A DNA stretch of 63,340 nt, counting the filler, from Octopus bimaculoides (lineage: Eukaryota): assembly GCF_001194135.2 (NCBI RefSeq). It is 7 parts of 7 records of this genome, joined end to end, with 100 filler letters (N's around TTAATTAATTAA, not from the genome) between each part and the next. Parts side by side here need not be neighbours in the genome. Positions count along the whole stretch, not along the records: positions 58,886 to 63,340 come from NC_069007.1; 6 more parts are not named here. One strand, written 5' to 3'. The notes beneath the pieces were generated by a model that saw only the letters and a list, made by a program, of their open reading frames with translations, did not search any database and was not told the origin of the DNA. Position numbers and translations under genes: made by a program. Of this stretch, positions 60,790 through 63,340 are shown piece by piece; position 1 is the first letter of the stretch, and each line of letters starts with the position of its first letter.

Positions 60790-61534
60790 CATTATTATTA
60801 TTATTGCTTTTAGTCGTGACTAAATTGTGTTTGCTGCCCTGTTTTGTCGCCGTACGGCTTTGCTTGGCTTTCAGCTTCACTTTACGATGTCTTTCGTTTT
60901 CTTTGCCAAATCGGAATTTGCCGCCTTTTTTGTCATTGTCCACTGGATGTCGTCTCTTTCTGCGATGGTTCCTGTTGCTTGTTCTCAAAGACCTGTCATA
61001 CATGTTCTGCAAGCTTCTTCTGTTTCTTCTCACAATCGATAATCCAGTGTAAACATTCTCACCGTCTTCGAAGTCTCCATCTTCCATTCCACCACTTACA
61101 TCAACCGGCCAAATATTTTTACTTCCATTTTCGTTTCTCGAACTGTAACTATCAATATCTCCAAGATGGTAGTTGAAGGAATTCATAGATGAATTATGAT
61201 TCTCTATTACATTCTGGAACCTCGAATTCCTACTGGAATAATTAGTTTTCTGTCTAAAAGACAACTGCTTCCTTTCTTGTAACTTGTTCTCTGTATTTGT
61301 TTTACTTTTATAAAACATTGCTTTTGTTTTTACTTCAAAAATGCTTCTCGGTTCTGGATTCGGGACTTTCGAATTGGTTATTAACGAATGAGACCGGAGC
61401 AAAGTTGGCGTCTGCTGCCACCGTAACGGATTAGAAATGGCGAAACCAAAGCTGAAGTCTAGAAAAACAAGAAACTGGCAGCAAACGAAGACATAGAATT
61501 GGGAAAGTGTCCTTAAGAATAACATTTTGTTCAT
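60376..61534 (-). CDS. MSTN/GDF11-like: Myostatin/GDF11/myoglianin-like TGF-beta precursor, first coding exon
   Basis: 1159-nt open exon with a hydrophobic signal-peptide-like N-terminus. The prodomain CHIC...RLKKLKIQILKQIGMTEFPNVT...MQRD...DDY...ERMII aligns with myostatin CxxC...RLEAIKIQILSKL...PN...VQRD...DDY...ETII. It ends at a GTAAGT donor in phase 1, as for vertebrate MSTN intron 1. Confidence 0.9.
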
Positions 61535-62117
61535 CGCACCGCAGAACTAATCAAAACTTCCTCATAAGCATTCGTCTTGAAATAAACTACAATATCACGT
61601 ATTCTCCTGGTTTATATATCTTCTTTCTACATTTATCTTCCTTTTCTTCTTCTCGTTCATCTTCTTTGCCATTTCCCTTTGTTCCTTAGCATCTCTTCCT
61701 CTTCCTCTTCTTATTCCCCTTCTTTTTCATCGTCTTTTCTCCTCGTCATCCACTTATCTTCCTTTTCTCCTTTTTCTCCAGTTAATCTATCTTTCGTTGT
61801 CTTCGTCCTCGCCTCGATTTATCTCAGTGCTGGACTGAGGTTTTGTGAAGTAACCAATTGTAAAAGCTTGCTACTGCTTGCAGAGGTGGTGGTGCTTAAC
61901 TGTAGTAGCTTCACCCACCCGAAATGAAGGTGGCGGGTACACCAAACGGCTAGAGTAAGCAAAGCTTAGCAAATCAACACACACAAGCACACACACACGT
62001 ACACACATACACGCTTGTATACACACTTGCATGCATAGATACATAGATACAAACAAGCAAACATGCAAACGTGCAGACTTACACGCATACACAACAAGCC
62101 ATAAAGACGATAACAGC

Positions 62118-62159
<42 letters not shown>

Positions 62160-62219
62160 AAAAAAAAACAATAACAACAACAATAACGGCGGCCACTAAA
62201 CGTGAAATATGCAGCTTAG

Positions 62220-63011
62220 AATGCCTTTACACAAATTTATACATACACTTATATATACACTCACCCACACCACACAAATGTACACACACACACATATATA
62301 CATATAGATATATATACACACTCATACATATATATATATATATACATATATACATATATATACATACATACATACATATATATATATATATTTATATATA
62401 TATATATATATGTATTTATTATATACTTACATATATATGAATATATATGTGTATGTATGTATATATATATATANNNNNNNNNNNNNNNNNNNNNNNNNNN
62501 NNNNNNNNNNNNNNNNNNNNNNNNNNNNNNNNNNNNNNNNNNNNNNNNNNNNNNNNNNNNNNNNNNNNNNNNNNNNNNNNNNNNNNNNNNNNNNNNNNNN
62601 NNNNNNNNNNNNNNNNNNNNNNNNACACACATACACTGATATAAGCCCACTCAGTCGCGGCACATACATACATACATACATACATACACACATAAAATCA
62701 GGGAAACGCACAATCATGGCGTTTAGGTATACACAGCCACACATCCGTACACAAGCTGAGATTCACACACACACACGCACACTTAAGCACCCATATGCAC
62801 ATATACAAATGCATATGTATTCTTAAACACGCACACATAGGTATATATATGCAGATACACTCGTACATATATATACACTGAATTTCGAGGTCTCCACCCA
62901 CAAATAAATACATGCAAATGAAGGGTGTATATTACACAGCCGGTGTGTATAATATTTTGTAGAATTATTGCATACGCTGAAACATGATCTCACAGCAATA
63001 TATATATATGC

Positions 63012-63042
<31 letters not shown>

Positions 63043-63340
63043 CACACTTACATATATACATACACACATATTTACATACATACATACATACACACACATA
63101 CATACATAGACACAGACATACATACATTCATAGACACACACATACATACATACATACATACATACACACATACATACACACATATTCACATTCATACACA
63201 CATACATATATACACCCGCATACATACATGCATACATACATACATGCATAGACATACATACTTACATACGCACGCAGATACACACACATACACACACATA
63301 CATACATACACCAACATACATACATACTTATATACACATC
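62220..63340. repeat. Low-complexity (TA)n/(CA)n/(TACA)n tract upstream of the TGF-beta gene
   Basis: Directly visible. Confidence 0.9.

Noticed and set aside
8054-63337. Many 60-300 aa ORFs made of X, YI, HT, CV or MYVC repeats
   Set aside because: Gap and dinucleotide/tetranucleotide repeat artefacts.

Overview
Repeat-rich, AT-rich eukaryotic draft-assembly DNA with many N gaps and microsatellites. The SINE content and gene style suggest a cephalopod such as Octopus, but this is inference. Two host genes are supported. (1) On the + strand, three spliced 3' exons (25978-26047, 28256-28301, 29881-30144) encode an EXPERA/EBP-superfamily membrane protein; its 5' exon(s) were not found. (2) On the - strand, a large first exon (61534-60376) encodes a myostatin/GDF11/myoglianin-like TGF-beta precursor with an unusually long basic, Asn-rich N-terminal insert; its downstream exons were not found. 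The rest is mostly transposon debris: an internally deleted Helitron, a truncated mariner, at least five Penelope-like (PLE) fragments, RTE and CR1-like LINE ends, an orphan RRM plus zinc-knuckle ORF1, several tRNA-derived SINE families, a MITE and a foldback-like element. One PLE carries an apparently intact type I hammerhead ribozyme in each arm of an inverted pLTR pair (intact core at 19733-19821 on -, degraded copy at 21339-21427 on +). Several local fold-back palindromes are also present. Most ORFs in the supplied track are microsatellite or gap artefacts. No CRISPR array, rRNA or genuine tRNA gene was seen.
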